Assembly (NCBI GenBank): GCA_951406725.2
Contig: OX597826.1
Coordinates: 12,586,001-12,650,000, forward strand
Direction: 5' to 3'
From: Octopus vulgaris
Lineage: Eukaryota
DNA: 64,000 nt
The position numbers and the translations under genes were made by a program. The notes beneath the pieces are model-generated. The model made no database searches, was not told the DNA's origin, and saw nothing but the letters and a program-made list of their open reading frames with translations. Shown piece by piece: positions 1 through 13,823 of the stretch (position 1 is its first letter; each line of letters opens with the position of its first letter).

Positions 1-66
1 TCAGTTCTCTTCATGTTTAATTTGGAATAATACCACTTATAATTCCATTAAAGCATTAGATATATA

Positions 67-126
<60 letters not shown>

Positions 127-331
127 TGCTCAGGCTAACTTACAACGTAAAACACGCACACACACACACACGCATACACACACACACACACTCCCATGCA
201 CAAATATATATATTCATATTTGTAACTCCTACTAAATGGTATGGTTGAGTGTCTCTTTTTTCCTTTGCCCTACATATATTTACATACATATATACATACA
301 TATACATATATATATATGTATTTGTATATGT

Positions 332-404
<73 letters not shown>

Positions 405-886
405 GGATATATTTCAACATGCAATTACGCATATGCAGGCACTCAGACGCACTGATGAAAGATATGTTTTGTAATTAGTTAATAATTGGCTGCTTTTACT
501 TCATGCCTTGACGGAACTAAAACTTGAAACTGGGTGCACACAACCAAATAATATTATAACATGGTGCCTCAGTTACCAGAAGTGATCTCTTACTATGCAA
601 AACGTATTTGCTAAACTATAATAGTGCACCGAATAGAAATACAAGCAAATAGCAAAAGATTGAAGTCGGTGCAGAACAGAATAATGAAAAGAATAAAAGG
701 AATAAAGAAAATACACTGTTGCACGAACATTATAAATAACTTTCAATAAATGCCATTTTATCTTACGAAGGTAAGTAACATGTCTGTCAATTGATAAGAA
801 ACCATTTCCCCTGTCACAGGACAGGAAATCTCCTGTCATACCCACTAAAGAATACAGAGATGTGCTCTGATTTGACAGCTTCTAAC

Positions 887-956
<70 letters not shown>

Positions 957-2175
957 ATGTATGTATATATATGTATGTATTTATATGTATATGTATGTAT
1001 ATATATATCTGTATCTATGTATATATTCACTATAGCACAAGGTCGATTTTGTTGTCGGAGGGGTACAGTCAATTCAATCAATTGAGTTATGCTACTTGTA
1101 TTTATCTTGTCAATTACTGGAGGCTGAACAACAAAGCGGTTTCAGCCTAGAGGTCGGAAACTAAGCATATAATCCAGCGTTTCACCATTTCTCTCAACTT
1201 ACAGACCTATTCATATAATCGTATCTTATATACCATTTAAACCTTTAGTAGTATTTTGCACTAAAATCCAATGAAATCGATAAATGGCCACTAGCCAAAA
1301 CGTTCAACAGATTCCGCTATCTACTCTATTACTGAAATGCCATTTCTACTATCCAGGAATAAATTTGTGATTAGAACCAAAATTGTTATATCATGGATAC
1401 CGAGAGATTCTTAAAAAGATAACTCTTCCGTTATAAAAATCTTAGCATAAGAGCTGCAGAAGTTTCGTATTAATTTGCAATTAAGTGATATGTCAACGAC
1501 CCGTCAACGTTAGTCTCACTGGAGAATCATCATCAACACGAACACATCAGAAACGTTTTAACAACCTGTTTCCTTTCAGTTCACCGCACCAAATATTTTC
1601 TATACGAAATAGTTTTGAATAGATTTCTGTCTTAACTTACCCTTTCATACATTCACCTTGTTAAGGAATAATTTAGAAATTTTCTTCATTCTTTATACCG
1701 AAGATCTGAACTTTAAAATATGAATATTTTACAATTGTTAAAGTGTACTCGTAACTGAACAATGCATTTACAAAGATTATCACTTTATCTATTTTTCATT
1801 CTGCTGTTTGACTCCACACATAAGCAAATACAACAAATTATATTAAATTCCTGTAGTTTTCCATTTTTATTTCACTACTACTGTCGCTGCTATAATGTGA
1901 ATGTAAACAAAATGCTTTCCAATATATGATGCTAGATGATTTATTTGATGTAAAATTAGAAAGAAAATTATTACCCATCTCAAATTCAAGAATCCAAAAG
2001 TTTTCGTTTCTGCTGAAGTTAAAGATTCCACCGATTTTCGTTTCTGTTAAACACACCGTTGTTGTCAGGCAAACAAAAAGAAAACACAAGTGAACAGAGC
2101 ACTAAAACGTGTTGTGCCGAGGAATAATTAAAGTCAATTCAAAGCTGGTACGTGTTTATCGAGCAACTCTTTCGC

Positions 2176-3110
2176 TATACAAAGGTACCATTCAGCATAA
2201 TCTTTATTACAGGTCATATATTTGCGCCATCGTTGAAATGCTCTTTAAACTTTAAATGCGCTTTAAAAAATCTCGTGGATGCACTCTTATATCTTCTCCT
2301 CACTTTCGTTTGTATTATTAAATCGGAGACACCGAAGACTGTCTTTCACAGGACCGAAGAGAGAAAGGTCATAAAACTCAAGATCCAGACTTTATGGTGT
2401 TTAGGGAACCATTGGCCGCCCAATTTATCAGTTACTAATTTTTTTTACCAGAGATGTCTCGTCGCATGTTGCCACGGTGATTGTAGATTGTTGTGAGATT
2501 CTTGTTCGAGATATTAGTCCAAGTGGCTTCTCTAAGCTTATTGAGTTGCTGCAGGTAATGCTTCCTGTTCGCTACAGTCACATTCCAGAAAATCAAGGGA
2601 ATTGACGTCTCTTCATACCTCCTGAAAGAGTTATGACTTTCTCTGTCGACCACTAGCAGTTGAGCTTCATAGGTCCTGAAAAGCGGTGTGACACTACTTC
2701 CATGGATTGAGCATTCGTTTTTGGATGAGAAAGATACATCTGCTTAAAATCCCATCAGTTGACCGGAATTTAAAATGTGACCCTATTGTTTTCAAACATG
2801 TCCTTCAGATCAGAGCAGACTACTGCGGTTCTCTTCTTCACACCAGTTGTCAACTGCCAAGGTACCCACATTGCACGCACGTTCCGATTCTGTATTTTCC
2901 AACATCATCTGTAATGTATTGTGACCACAGTCCAGTTGTCCAGCAAACTCACGGATTCTGATGCGTCTGTCCGCGCGAATCTCTTCATCCACTCGCTGGT
3001 GATTCGTATTAGAAGCCGTAGTTGGTGATTTGATTTCAATGTGGTTTCTGGTTTTTGAAATTCATCCACCTTTGTACCCTACCAATGGTATCGTATTTGT
3101 AAACGATTTG
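2176..3110 (-). mobile_element. Decayed mariner-type transposase pseudogene
   Basis: Minus-strand translation across frameshifts and stops gives RVQRWMNFKN, VDEEIRADRRIRIREFAGQL, VRAMWVPWQL (WVPHEL-like), P*SLDLEFYDLSLFGPVKD (YSPDLAPSD.HLF-like) and QRWRKYMTCNKDYAE (C-terminus). Confidence 0.8.
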
Positions 3111-3122
3111 TCGACTTCTGTG

Positions 3123-3150
3123 AATGTATGTATGCATGTATGTATGTATG

Positions 3151-3182
<32 letters not shown>

Positions 3183-3619
3183 TGTATGTATGTATGTATG
3201 TATGTATGCATGCATGTATGTATGTATGAATGTATGTATGTATGAATGTATGTATGAATGTATGTATGTATGTAGGTACGTATGTATGTATGTACGTATG
3301 TATGTATGTATGTACGTATGTATGTATGCATGTATGAATGCATATATGTTTGTATGCATGTATGTATGTATGCATGTATGTATGTACGTATGTATTATGT
3401 ATGTATGATGTATGTATGTATGTATACATACATATATACATACATACATACACTCATACATACATACATACATTCATACATATATACATTCATACATACA
3501 TGCATACATACATACAAACATACATACATACATACATACATACATACATACATGCATACATACATAATACATATATACATATATACATACGCACGTACAT
3601 ACATACATACATACATACA

Positions 3620-3653
<34 letters not shown>

Positions 3654-3662
3654 CATACATAT
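3123..3662. repeat. (GTAT)n tract directly abutting the inverted (ATAC)n tract
   Basis: About 300 bp of GTAT repeats switch near 3423 to about 240 bp of the reverse-complement unit. Confidence 0.95.
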
Positions 3663-4193
3663 CCATACAGGGACAACAAAAACCAAAGCGGCACGATTGT
3701 CTCATGACATTTGTAATAATTTGATTAGAGTAAGATGAGTGAGTGGATAAAAGAGAGAGAAGAAAGAGAGAAAAGACAAGAATGACATAGACACGAGAAA
3801 GAATGAATGATAGCGAAAGTAATGAAAAATTAAAAATTACAATAACAAAAGAAAAATAAAGAATAAAAAAGAAATAAAAATGTAAGGAATAAAGATAGAG
3901 ATAAGATGCCATTGTTATTCTTCGTAAGTGTCGGTTCGGGGTGAGAGGTCAGCCATTAAGGTTTTGGTAAAGTGGAAGAGAAAGGTATTTATGTCTAGTA
4001 ATTAAATAGATGAAATCTAGGTTAGATGTGGTCAGTGGTCGGTAAGGAGAGCTAAAGTTAGCTGCCTAGCTTAAGTGGGTGTATATATAGGATAGAATTA
4101 AATGTACCTAAATAAAAAAAAAAAATGCAATTAAATGGACAAAGGATACAAATTAAAAAATTAAAACTTAAAAGTTTAAAGTTAAATTATTGC

Positions 4194-4600
4194 AAGGCGG
4201 CGACCTGGCAGAACCGTTAGCACGCCGGGCGAAATGCGTAGCCGTATTTCGTCTGCCGTTGCGTTCTGAGTTCAAATTCCGCCAAGGTCGACTTTGCCTT
4301 TCATCCTTTCGGGGTCGAAAAATTAAGTACCAGTTACGCACTGGGTTCGATATAATCGATTTAATCCTTGTTTATCTCCTCTGTGTTTAGCCCTTGTGGG
4401 TAGTAAAGAAATAGGTATTTCGTCTGCCTTTACGTTCTGAGTTTAAATTCCGCCGAGATCGACTTCGACTTTCATCCTTTCGGGGGCGATAAATTAAGTA
4501 GGAGTTGTGTACTGGAGTCGGTCTAATATTTCCGGTCTTGTGCTTACAGTCTAAAAGAGTATTATTTCGGGTCTTGTGCCTAGAATAGAAGGGATTATTT
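4194..4600 (+). mobile_element. SINE family N (tRNA-like head, Nin/Deu-like core), dimeric copy followed by (AAT)n
   Basis: Head AAGGCGGCGACCTGGCAGAACCGTTAGCACGCCGGG. Core GCCTTTCATCCTTTCGGGGTCGA..AAGTACCAG occurs twice. Many other copies lie in the window. Confidence 0.85.
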
Positions 4601-4601
4601 C

Positions 4602-4677
<76 letters not shown>

Positions 4678-5592
4678 TAGATAGCAAGATTGATGAGATC
4701 GAATTTGGTTGAAACAGTTGTAGTTTGATGGAATGAAAAGACTTGCTCAATCTATTCTGCTTCTTTGCAATCGTAAAAATATATATCCATGAATATTATT
4801 ATATTATCAGGCATAGGCTTGATAATACAAACGATCTCAGAATTTACTATCTTGTCTGATAGCCTGAATCCGGGGAAAGCTGAATAGGATAAACTTCAGG
4901 GTAAATACCTGATGCGTGTGTTTATGGTCGTATTCACATGCTTAACAAAGTTGGCGTATTTCTGACGTATAGTGGCAAGAAATACGACATTGAATTTCAG
5001 AGTCGCTACTGTTAGGCAGTATTACAATCGCGTAACAATCGTATGAAAAGTAAATAGCGTAACAAATCTAACAAATAACATATAAAAGCGAAGACAACGA
5101 AGGCGATACCCTAAAGATATCAACCGATTTATGAACAAACTTCACTGCCTGCAGCTGTGAAATACCATATGTTTAGCGAAGATATCCTGTGGTAAATGCT
5201 ACTTTTGTTAACCTGCTGGCAATGTGTAGTTGCACGCACTATTGTTTAAAAAAAAAACTTATTTTGTTTTAAAAGTTGCAACTTAAAATATGAAATTTAC
5301 AATATGTTGTATGCTAGCAGTCAAAAACCTTTTTGTATAAACATAAACCGTTATAATAAAAGTTGAGTTATAAAGATTATTGATTTTTAGATACAAAAGC
5401 GTGGGCCGCATTACATTCGAGATATCATTGTTCACGACTATATACTGAGTAATTAGTTGCACTAATTAGATAACAAGATTTAGCTAGTTTTCTTCGGTAA
5501 TCTCTAATGCTGATCGAAATTACTAGTCAGAATCTCTGCTTTATACACCTTTGAGATAATTAAGCTTCTTTCGGTAGATAAAGTATATACAA

Positions 5593-5948
5593 CTAGCACT
5601 ATGACCCGGCAACGCCAGGTCATAGTGCTAGTGCATGCCTATACAGCTGCGTGCGTGCGCACATACACGCGAGTACTGTCCAAATCTCCGACCAATCACA
5701 TACAGCTAGCTGGCATTCAATTGGAGTATCAAGTTTCAGTCATTTTTATTGGGTTTTGGATAGAAAATTCACAAAATGTCACTTCTATTGACTTTTTAAT
5801 GGCTTTGCGGAGTGACTGGGGAAATGTAAAGATGTGCACGACCACCCTTGGACGGTTTTGAATGACCATAGAAAGTGTGAGCCCTCTAACTGAAAAATTT
5901 GTATAAAGGACACGCACACAGGCATTTTGCCGTTTAAATATAGAGAGA
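5593..5948 (-). mobile_element. Non-autonomous Helitron
   Basis: On the minus strand it starts A|TCTCTCTATAT and ends with a GC-rich hairpin then CTAG|T. Terminal palindrome ACTAGCACTATGACCCGGC-AAC-GCCAGGTCATAGTGCTAGT at 5592-5632. Confidence 0.75.
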
Positions 5949-5964
5949 TTACCCATCAAGCTTG

Positions 5965-6415
5965 GACAAAATACATGCATCTTCGTATGTCAGATACTCC
6001 ATTGTTGATTCGTTGCTATGTAGAGCTTTTTCCATGGTGTCTTTTCAATTTTTAAGGATATCCTTGCTCTCGTCTCTTACATCCTGGAGTACGTATCTTA
6101 GCAAGAACTTTGTAACGTTTGTGTACAACATAACAGAAGTCACCCCAGTGCAATCACGTCGCTGTTTGGTCGATATGAATATATATGAAGTACACTTGTT
6201 TGCTTGTTTAAGAATTGCGTCGTACATTATGTATCGGTTCATTCTTATTGAACCTATATGGTACTTACCTGACTTTTACTTCCCACCACCCATATATAAT
6301 TTACGTTGTCCAGTCACTTCTTCCTTTACTAATGTAAAAAAGCTTCCAGTAACCGGATCATTGAATGAACACGTAATCTTAGTACAGATCATAACATCAA
6401 AGTTTTCTAAGCATC
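5965..6415 (-). pseudogene. Possible highly decayed non-LTR (RTE-like) reverse transcriptase remnant
   Basis: One frame with 2 stops reads LENFD...VMLYTN...KDILKN*KDTMEKALHSNESTMEYL, loosely like the RT segments DLEKAFD...MLFADD...W...LE..G..N..KTEY. Similarity is weak. Confidence 0.3.
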
Positions 6416-7717
6416 ATTATTATTATCAACTAACGTAGGTAGGGCTCAATGAGGAAGGTGGACTTTATTAGCTATTCACTTGATCTACCAGGAATAGTAG
6501 CGAAATTCGCCCAACGTGTAGTAATTCATACAAAAAAAATCTCACACAGGACAACGCAATCCTAGATATAAAAATATACGTGGTTCTTACATCTGAAACA
6601 ACTTCAAATATAATTTTACACAAGAATTAATAGGTTGGTGCAATATTGGCAGATTTGGGGAATCCCTTGGTAGCTATCAGATTATTGGATCTGTTTGACG
6701 AGATTAAAGCGACTTGAAATTACCCCTTGTATTCATACTTTCCCAAAGAACCCCAGCATACATCTCAATCTACGTGGTCATTTATTTTTCCCTAGATATA
6801 TTTTATTTTAGTTCGTAGTTACAATATCGAAAACTACCACCAGGCTACAAATATTTGAGTTAGTGTACAATAGATAAAATCGGCATCAGGTGCTATATTT
6901 TATCGGTCTTTGATGACTGAAGAATTCAAGATAATGCAACTCTTGGAGAATTTATAGATTGGTAGAAATATAACTCATTGCTGCAAGGGATTTAGTCCAG
7001 CACCAAAGAGATTATGATACAGACACCTTTAATACTAACCATTCCTTAGATTGTCACAAAGTCACACCTTTAAAGCTGGCGACTTAGAGTCGATTAATTC
7101 CCGACAATTCATTGAATGGTATTTATTTTATCGACCTACCAAAGATGAAAGAAGGAAAAAAATCGATCCAGCTGAAATTAGAACATAACTTGTAATTGGA
7201 TGTTTACTTAATACTGCAGACAGTTTGACCTTTGACATTTGATGAGACTTTCTGTTGTCTATAATAACAGCAAACGATGATGACGACGACGACGACGACG
7301 ACGATGGGGATTATGATGTTGTTGATGATGATGATGATTTAGGCACACAGCCAGTACTTTTAAAGGTGTGGGGATCAGTGGATGCTATCGAAATCTTTCA
7401 TCTGCTACTAATTTCTTTTATTACTCCAGACCGAACACAGACAATGTAGGATCTGACCTTAGAATGTGAAAACGACGGAAGAAAATCCATTATGCATTTC
7501 GTCCTAAACTCTGCCCTTAGTATTTTTTTTTTACTTTGCGTAGGCAGAGGATCTGCTATTTTGTAAAGGAACGAAATAGTAAAAGAAATCGATCCCAGGG
7601 CATGAGTGATACTATACTTTAATCGATAGCGGAAGCATGATAGGAAAATCTGTGGGTGGCGGGAATTGAACTGAAAATGAAAATGTTGTTTGTCTTACAT
7701 TTGATTGCCCTAAAAAT

Positions 7718-7871
7718 AATGATGCAGATGATGATGATGATGATTATAGTAGTAGCAGTGGTAGTACTACTAGTAGTAGTAGTGGTAGTAGTAGCAGCAG
7801 CAGCAGCTGTAGTAGTAGTAGTAGTAGTAGCAGTAGTAGTAGTAGTAGCAGCAACAGCTGTAGTAGTATTT

Positions 7872-7917
<46 letters not shown>

Positions 7918-8310
7918 CAGCAGCAGCAGCAGTAGGAGGAGGGGAAGGGGGAGGAGGAGGAAGGGGAGGGAGAGGAAGATGAGTGAGAGGAGGATGAGGA
8001 AGGGGGGAGAGGAAGAGGAAGGAGAGGATGAGGAGGAAGGGGAGGAGGATGAGGAAGAGGATTTTGAGGAAGCGGAAGAGGGTTTTGAGGAAGAGGAAGA
8101 GGGTTTTGAGGAAGAGGGTTTTGAGGAAGAGGGTTTTGAGGAAGAGGAAGAGGGTTTTGAGGAAGAGAAAGATGAGGAGGATCAGGAGGAGGAGGAGGAA
8201 GTGGAAGAGGAAGATGAGGAGGAAGGGGAGGAGGAGGAAGGGGAAGGGGTGTAGCATGGTGGTGGTGGTGGTGGTGGCGATGGTGGTGCTGATGGCGAGG
8301 GTAAGGTGGT
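7718..8310. repeat. Compound trinucleotide tract (GAT/GTA/GCA/GAG/GGT) including 15/21-bp GAGGAAGAGGGTTTT units
   Basis: Direct reading. It explains the poly-V, poly-E, poly-P and poly-T ORFs. Confidence 0.9.
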
Positions 8311-8517
8311 GGTGCTTGTGTTGTTGGTGGTAATGTCAGTATTGTTCGTTTGACATTCGTCAATAAATGTTTTACCGAACATAGAGTTTCCTGCCAAGTT
8401 TCAGAGTTATTAATTCAAAACGGTAAATTGTTTCTGATGAAAAGATGCCACGAAGAATCTTTCCCTCCGTTCCATCATCACCGAAGCCAATTTCTTAGTT
8501 TGTATGGTAGGCATATG

Positions 8518-8560
<43 letters not shown>

Positions 8561-9248
8561 AGATATTTCAAATGATTTTAATTAGGGCAACGGGGTCGAT
8601 GTAAGCGACTTGCCCCCCCCCTCACACACACACACAGATAGATGTGTTCAAAGCACAGAAAACAAAAGACTAAGACAGATGAGAACAAGGAGGAGGGGGG
8701 AAGAGGGGGAAGGGGAGGAGGAGGAGGAGGAGGAGGAGGAAGAAGAAGAAGAAGAAGAAGAAGAAGAAGAAGAAGAGGAGGAGGAGGAGGAAGAAGAAGA
8801 AGAAGATGATGGAAGGGGAAGAGGAGAGGAAGGGGAAGAGGAGGAGGAAGAAGAAGGGGAGTAGCATGGTGGTGGTGGTAGAGATGGCGGCGATGATGGT
8901 GCTGATGGCGAGGGTAAGGTGGTGGTGCTTGTGTTGTTGGTGGTAATGTCAGTATTGTTCGTTTGACATTCGTCAATAAATGTTTTTTTTTGGTCAAATT
9001 ATCATATCCCTAACTGCTTCTGATGCTAAAATATCAAAACGGTTTTGCTATGGAATGGTGAAACTATTTTTCCATTTTCTGAAAAAGCAACGTTTTGGAT
9101 TTACAACACTTTTGCATAATAGCAACGATATACTTATATATGCATACTGACATTCGTTCAAATGATTTTAATTAGGGCAACGGGGTCGATGTAAGCGACT
9201 TGCTCCCCCCCTCACACACACACACAGATAGATGTGTTCAAAGCACAG
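8250..9248. repeat. Local tandem duplication with a period of about 600 bp
   Basis: 8250-8373 matches 8860-8984, and 8567-8658 matches 9157-9248, nearly identically. Confidence 0.9.
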
Positions 9249-9794
9249 GTTAACTCCTAGCCATTTACATTACAAATGATTATACTTTACATATTCTCCT
9301 CAATTTTGAAACACTTGATTATTCTGTAGAACTTAGCAAAGAAATTACTAATCTTATCAATCTTCACAGAATTTGTATCTCCCGAAGCTGCAAGACGGAG
9401 ATAGCTACGTGTCCGGTTTGCATAAACAGGCCCTGCCATAATGCTAAATAACTATTATTGAATGTGTTCGATCCGTATTTGCATGTGGACTAATTAATAA
9501 CTTTAAAATTATTTTTGTTAACTTACAGTATTATAGTTTGTTTGAAGTACTGTTATGTTTATGGAGCACTTTCTAAATATTACTATACTTCAATGCTCAT
9601 TGGGTCGAGTACATGACGCTCGACATATATATATATATGTTTGCGTGCGTCTTTACAAACATGAGTATATAGGCGGATATGTACATAAACATATATATAT
9701 ATATCTATATCAATATCTACTTATCCATCTATCTATCCAATATCTATCTATCTAGCTAGCTAGCTATGTATGTATGTACGTATATATGTGTGTG

Positions 9795-9886
<92 letters not shown>

Positions 9887-9927
9887 TATATACATATATA
9901 TATACATATATATACATATATATATAC

Positions 9928-9985
<58 letters not shown>

Positions 9986-10092
9986 AAGTAAATAAATGGC
10001 ACAACGAAGCACCGATATTTACTGGAAAATAGCGAACGTAATAAATACGACGCTAATGTATAGCTTCACTGCGTATGTACTAGTAAAGATGC

Positions 10093-10146
<54 letters not shown>

Positions 10147-10153
10147 AAGTGTA

Positions 10154-10198
<45 letters not shown>

Positions 10199-10199
<1 letters not shown>

Positions 10200-10478
10200 T
10201 GCAGCGTGGAAGGTCCGTATACAAGCCATTTAAGAAACACAAAAAAGCCGTTCGATTCACTTCAACAAATTAATCAAGATGCAAACGGATTTTTGTCAGT
10301 GAACAGGTCGCGGATTTTAGCGACGAAAATATTTTGACAAATTAAACTTAAATGTTGAAGTGAATCGAACGGCTTTTGTGTGTTTCTTAAATGGCTTATA
10401 AACACCTTCCACGCTGCAATTGTTTTCGTTTCAGCACACGATCTCAGATCAAATTACTTGCTATGCGAGTACATCTAG
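10199..10478 (+). mobile_element. PLE-type terminal-repeat (pLTR) fragment with an inverted 5' duplication
   Basis: About 70-bp inverted repeats (10199-10267 and 10353-10419) enclose a hammerhead motif. The same family recurs reversed at 46410-46590. Flanked by (TA)n. Confidence 0.65.
10292..10341 (+). ncRNA. Minimal type I hammerhead ribozyme-like motif, G3-C8 variant
   Basis: TTTGTCA-GTGAACA-G-GTCGC-GGATTTTA-GCGAC-GAA-AATATT-T-TGACAAA: 7-bp stem I, 5-bp stem II and palindromic stem III. Confidence 0.75.
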
Positions 10479-10575
10479 TAATATATATTATATATTATAT
10501 AATTAGATATAGACAGACAGACGTCTATATCTAACATACAGACTGTCCACTTTTAATGGTCAGTCCTCTAAATTT

Positions 10576-10633
<58 letters not shown>

Positions 10634-11979
10634 GTATATATGAAACAGTGAATATAATATTCACTGGTATTATAAATAGTTGCTACACTGAATACAAATC
10701 TGATGTACACTATTGAAGCAGTTTTAAATCAAAATAGCTATATATGTTCCACAGCTAATTCATATACACGGCTAATTTATATACACCGTTGAAAGGTAAG
10801 ATAATGCGAGTTTTATCCGAGATAAACGTATCTAGTGTTCTCACTAATTTCTGCCGGGACAATTTTGCGTCTCCCTCCGATATATATTGTGTTTTCAACA
10901 CGGCACATCCTGAAATCACTTTCTTTCGGACGAAAACACTAGTAACTTGCCTGTCAACGTAGTATATACATTAAGTGTAAAACACATAAGCCTATGTGTG
11001 TGTGGGTGGGGGGTATGTTAACACTAACACAAAGAAACGTCTGTTTCTTTCCTGTTCTTTCAAAGATGACATTTCACCTCATTGGGTAATGCTTTACGTG
11101 ACCTAGCTGATACTGTGTAGGATGCAGTTTAACACTCGTTGAACTAGCTTATAACTATATCCATTCATATATTTGAATCTTAATCCCTGGTAAAGATGGT
11201 GAATGGCAAACCACTTCCTTTTCTACATCCATAAGAAATCTAAATATTTCTTCGAGCTTGAAACCAACTTAGACATAACAGTATAAACGTTTTACAACAG
11301 TTTTTCTACAGAAATGAATACGAAATAGGAGGGAGAAAAAAAACCATAAAACGTTAACAATCTCAGCGACAGAAAGGGAGGGAGAAATGCGAAGCGAGGA
11401 AGCGAGTGAAGAAGAGGAGAGAATGAGTGAGAGAGAAAAAAAAAGAAATGTTGTATGAAGGAGGTCTGGATGGAAAGTGATATTTATTATATGCATAACT
11501 AAAATAAACCATATTAGAAGAAAATCAGTGTTCGGTAACAAGGAGAATTGAGAGTTTAATTTATACGACTTACTATTGGTGATTGTCTCACTAAAATGTA
11601 GGTTTGTCACGAACAATGGAAGAGGGAGAGTGAGAGGGAAGAAAGAAAGTCCTGTCGCAAAAGATTACTACATTTATTGCCGATGTGTAGCAATCAATAT
11701 CGTTGCCTTCAGTAGTCAATGTTATTTTAGTTTCGCCTTGTAATTCTTTTTTATTAGTTTTGCCTCAGATGTTATATATATATATATATATATATAGCGG
11801 TGTGTTTTTCTTTCGTTTATTGGTATTTTGATACATTTGTTCTTAATTCGTTTTACTGCTTGTTTGTTTTCTGTCGAAGCCACTCCAACGGACTCTCTTA
11901 TTTCTGTGTAAGCCAACCCAATGTTTCTGCACCAATGCAACTTATTTGGATCCACATAAACGTTGATTTGTTTCATTAT

Positions 11980-12335
11980 TCTTCTTCATCATCGACTTCG
12001 GATTTATCATCGTTATCATCACAAGCGTTGTCGTCGTTTTCTTCTTCTTCTTCTTCTTCTTCTTCTTCTTCTTCTTCTTCTTCTTCTTCTTCTTCTTCTT
12101 CTTCTTCTTCTTCATCATCATTCATCATCATCATCATCATCATCATCTACCTCCTCCTCCTCCTCCTCATCATCATCATCATCATCATCCTCATCATCCG
12201 CATCCTCATCATCCTCATCATCATCATCATTCATCATCATCATCACCATCATCATCATCACCTTTTTTCTTCTTATTTGTTTTTCTCTTCTCCTTCGTCG
12301 ACGTCGTTGTCATCATCATCATCATCATTATCATT
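11980..12335. repeat. (TTC)n/(ATC)n/(CTC)n compound microsatellite
   Basis: Direct reading. Source of the poly-S, poly-L and poly-H ORFs. Confidence 0.95.
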
Positions 12336-12756
12336 TGCATCGTCGTCTATACCTGCCAATAAAATTCGACCCTATGCAAATTCATTTTTTTTTAAACAAA
12401 GGCTTCGTATAGGTTTCTACTGAATATGTTTATTAGATATTTCAAACTAAATAATAAAAAGAAATGTATAAAAAAAAACAATCATTTGCAGACTACTGTT
12501 TTATCAAACCGCTTTTAATATTCTGTTTCCATAAAAGTATTTCTAGCTTCAACAGCAAATACTTCACATTCAAGACAATTGACATTTAATATGAGAAATC
12601 TGTGTCTTATCTTTTTTCTCTCACTTGCAAGTTTTATAGAGCTAGAGATGTATTTTTGCATATTCCCAAGCTCACGCGTGTATATATATGTATATAAATA
12701 TATACATATGCATATACACACATACACGCGCACACACACAAATACACACACTCACA

Positions 12757-12903
12757 AACTTCCAAGCAAGGTGAAAGAGGGGAAAATATACCCCATCCAG
12801 GAGGTAGCAGATAGAGGCCAAAAACTACAGACCAATCTCTCTGACCTCGCACATCAGCAAAGTCATGGAAAGAATAGTCAGAAGAAAATTAATCACCTTC
12901 CTT
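12757..12903 (+). mobile_element. CR1/L2-type LINE reverse transcriptase fragment
   Basis: KLPSKVKEGKIYPI, then after a frameshift AKNYRPISLTSHISKVMERIVRRKLITFL, the classic NYRPISL motif. Confidence 0.85.
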
Positions 12904-12999
12904 GTATATATACATTAATCACCTTCCTATATATATACATACATATACGTACATATATACATAATTTTAACAGTTTGTATAAAAGGAAAATATAACATA

Positions 13000-13820
13000 T
13001 ATACCATTCAGAAAGGAAATTATTTTAAAAAATCAAAAACTGACAACCTGATTATGGGTAGGAGATAATTGTTTACTAAAATAGTCGCCCTCAGCTTCCA
13101 ACACGGCCTGCAGACTGCTCCACATTCTAGCACATGTGTTCGTTACTGTATCTCAGCAAAGATCTTCAAACATCTCCTTGATCTTGGCCACCAGCTCGGC
13201 CATCCTGCTGCAGGCAGAGCTGATGTTGTCCTTTACAAACACGCCTCACACATCGTGTAAACCCATTGGATTACAATCGGTGGAATTATGTGGCCGGAAG
13301 ATGGGACTGAAGAAGTTGCAGAAATTCTCCGATTACTATTTTTGAAACATTCCAGTATTATGGTAAGGAGCCGGATCTTGCAGTCACGGATGGCCTTCTA
13401 AGAGCAACCCTCTTCAGCCAGGGGTTGATTGCAGTATCCAGCACCTTCACTTAGCCGTCTCAATTAAGCACAATTGAGCCCAATGCTCTGTTCAAAGATG
13501 TGAGGTATCATTACGTCATCCTCACAGGAGACACACATCAAGTCCATCACAGTTTGGGGAATTTTGTTTTCTTGATATCTGGGACATCACATAAATCGTA
13601 GGCACGTCACTTTTTCTTCTGTATGTTATGCAACTGGTCCTGACAGACGTTGTTTTACTATCTGAGAACAGCCTGCTCATCCTGAGCTCAACAGGACGCC
13701 TCAGCTTCAAGAGTTTCTTTGCTTCACCAAACTTTGGCCTTGCTCCTCTTGTATTTGTTCCTTGCTCCTCTTGTATTTGTTCCTTGCTCCTCTTGTATGA
13801 GTGTTAGCAAAGGTCCTCAG
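13000..13820 (-). mobile_element. Decayed Tc1/mariner-superfamily transposase (maT/DD37D-like)
   Basis: LFSDSK (FSDEK-like), CVSCEDDVMIPHIFEQ, LQDPAPYH (QQDSAPCH-like) and FRPHNSTDCNPM (WPPNSPDLNP-like). Contains a 22-bp triplication at 13737-13797. Confidence 0.75.
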
Positions 13821-13823
13821 TCA

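Noticed and set aside
7979-8333. Acidic EEEGF-repeat and basic RKRVL-repeat ORFs
   Set aside because: All frames are open because of GAG-based repeats. They are embedded in a compound microsatellite with no splice or homology support.
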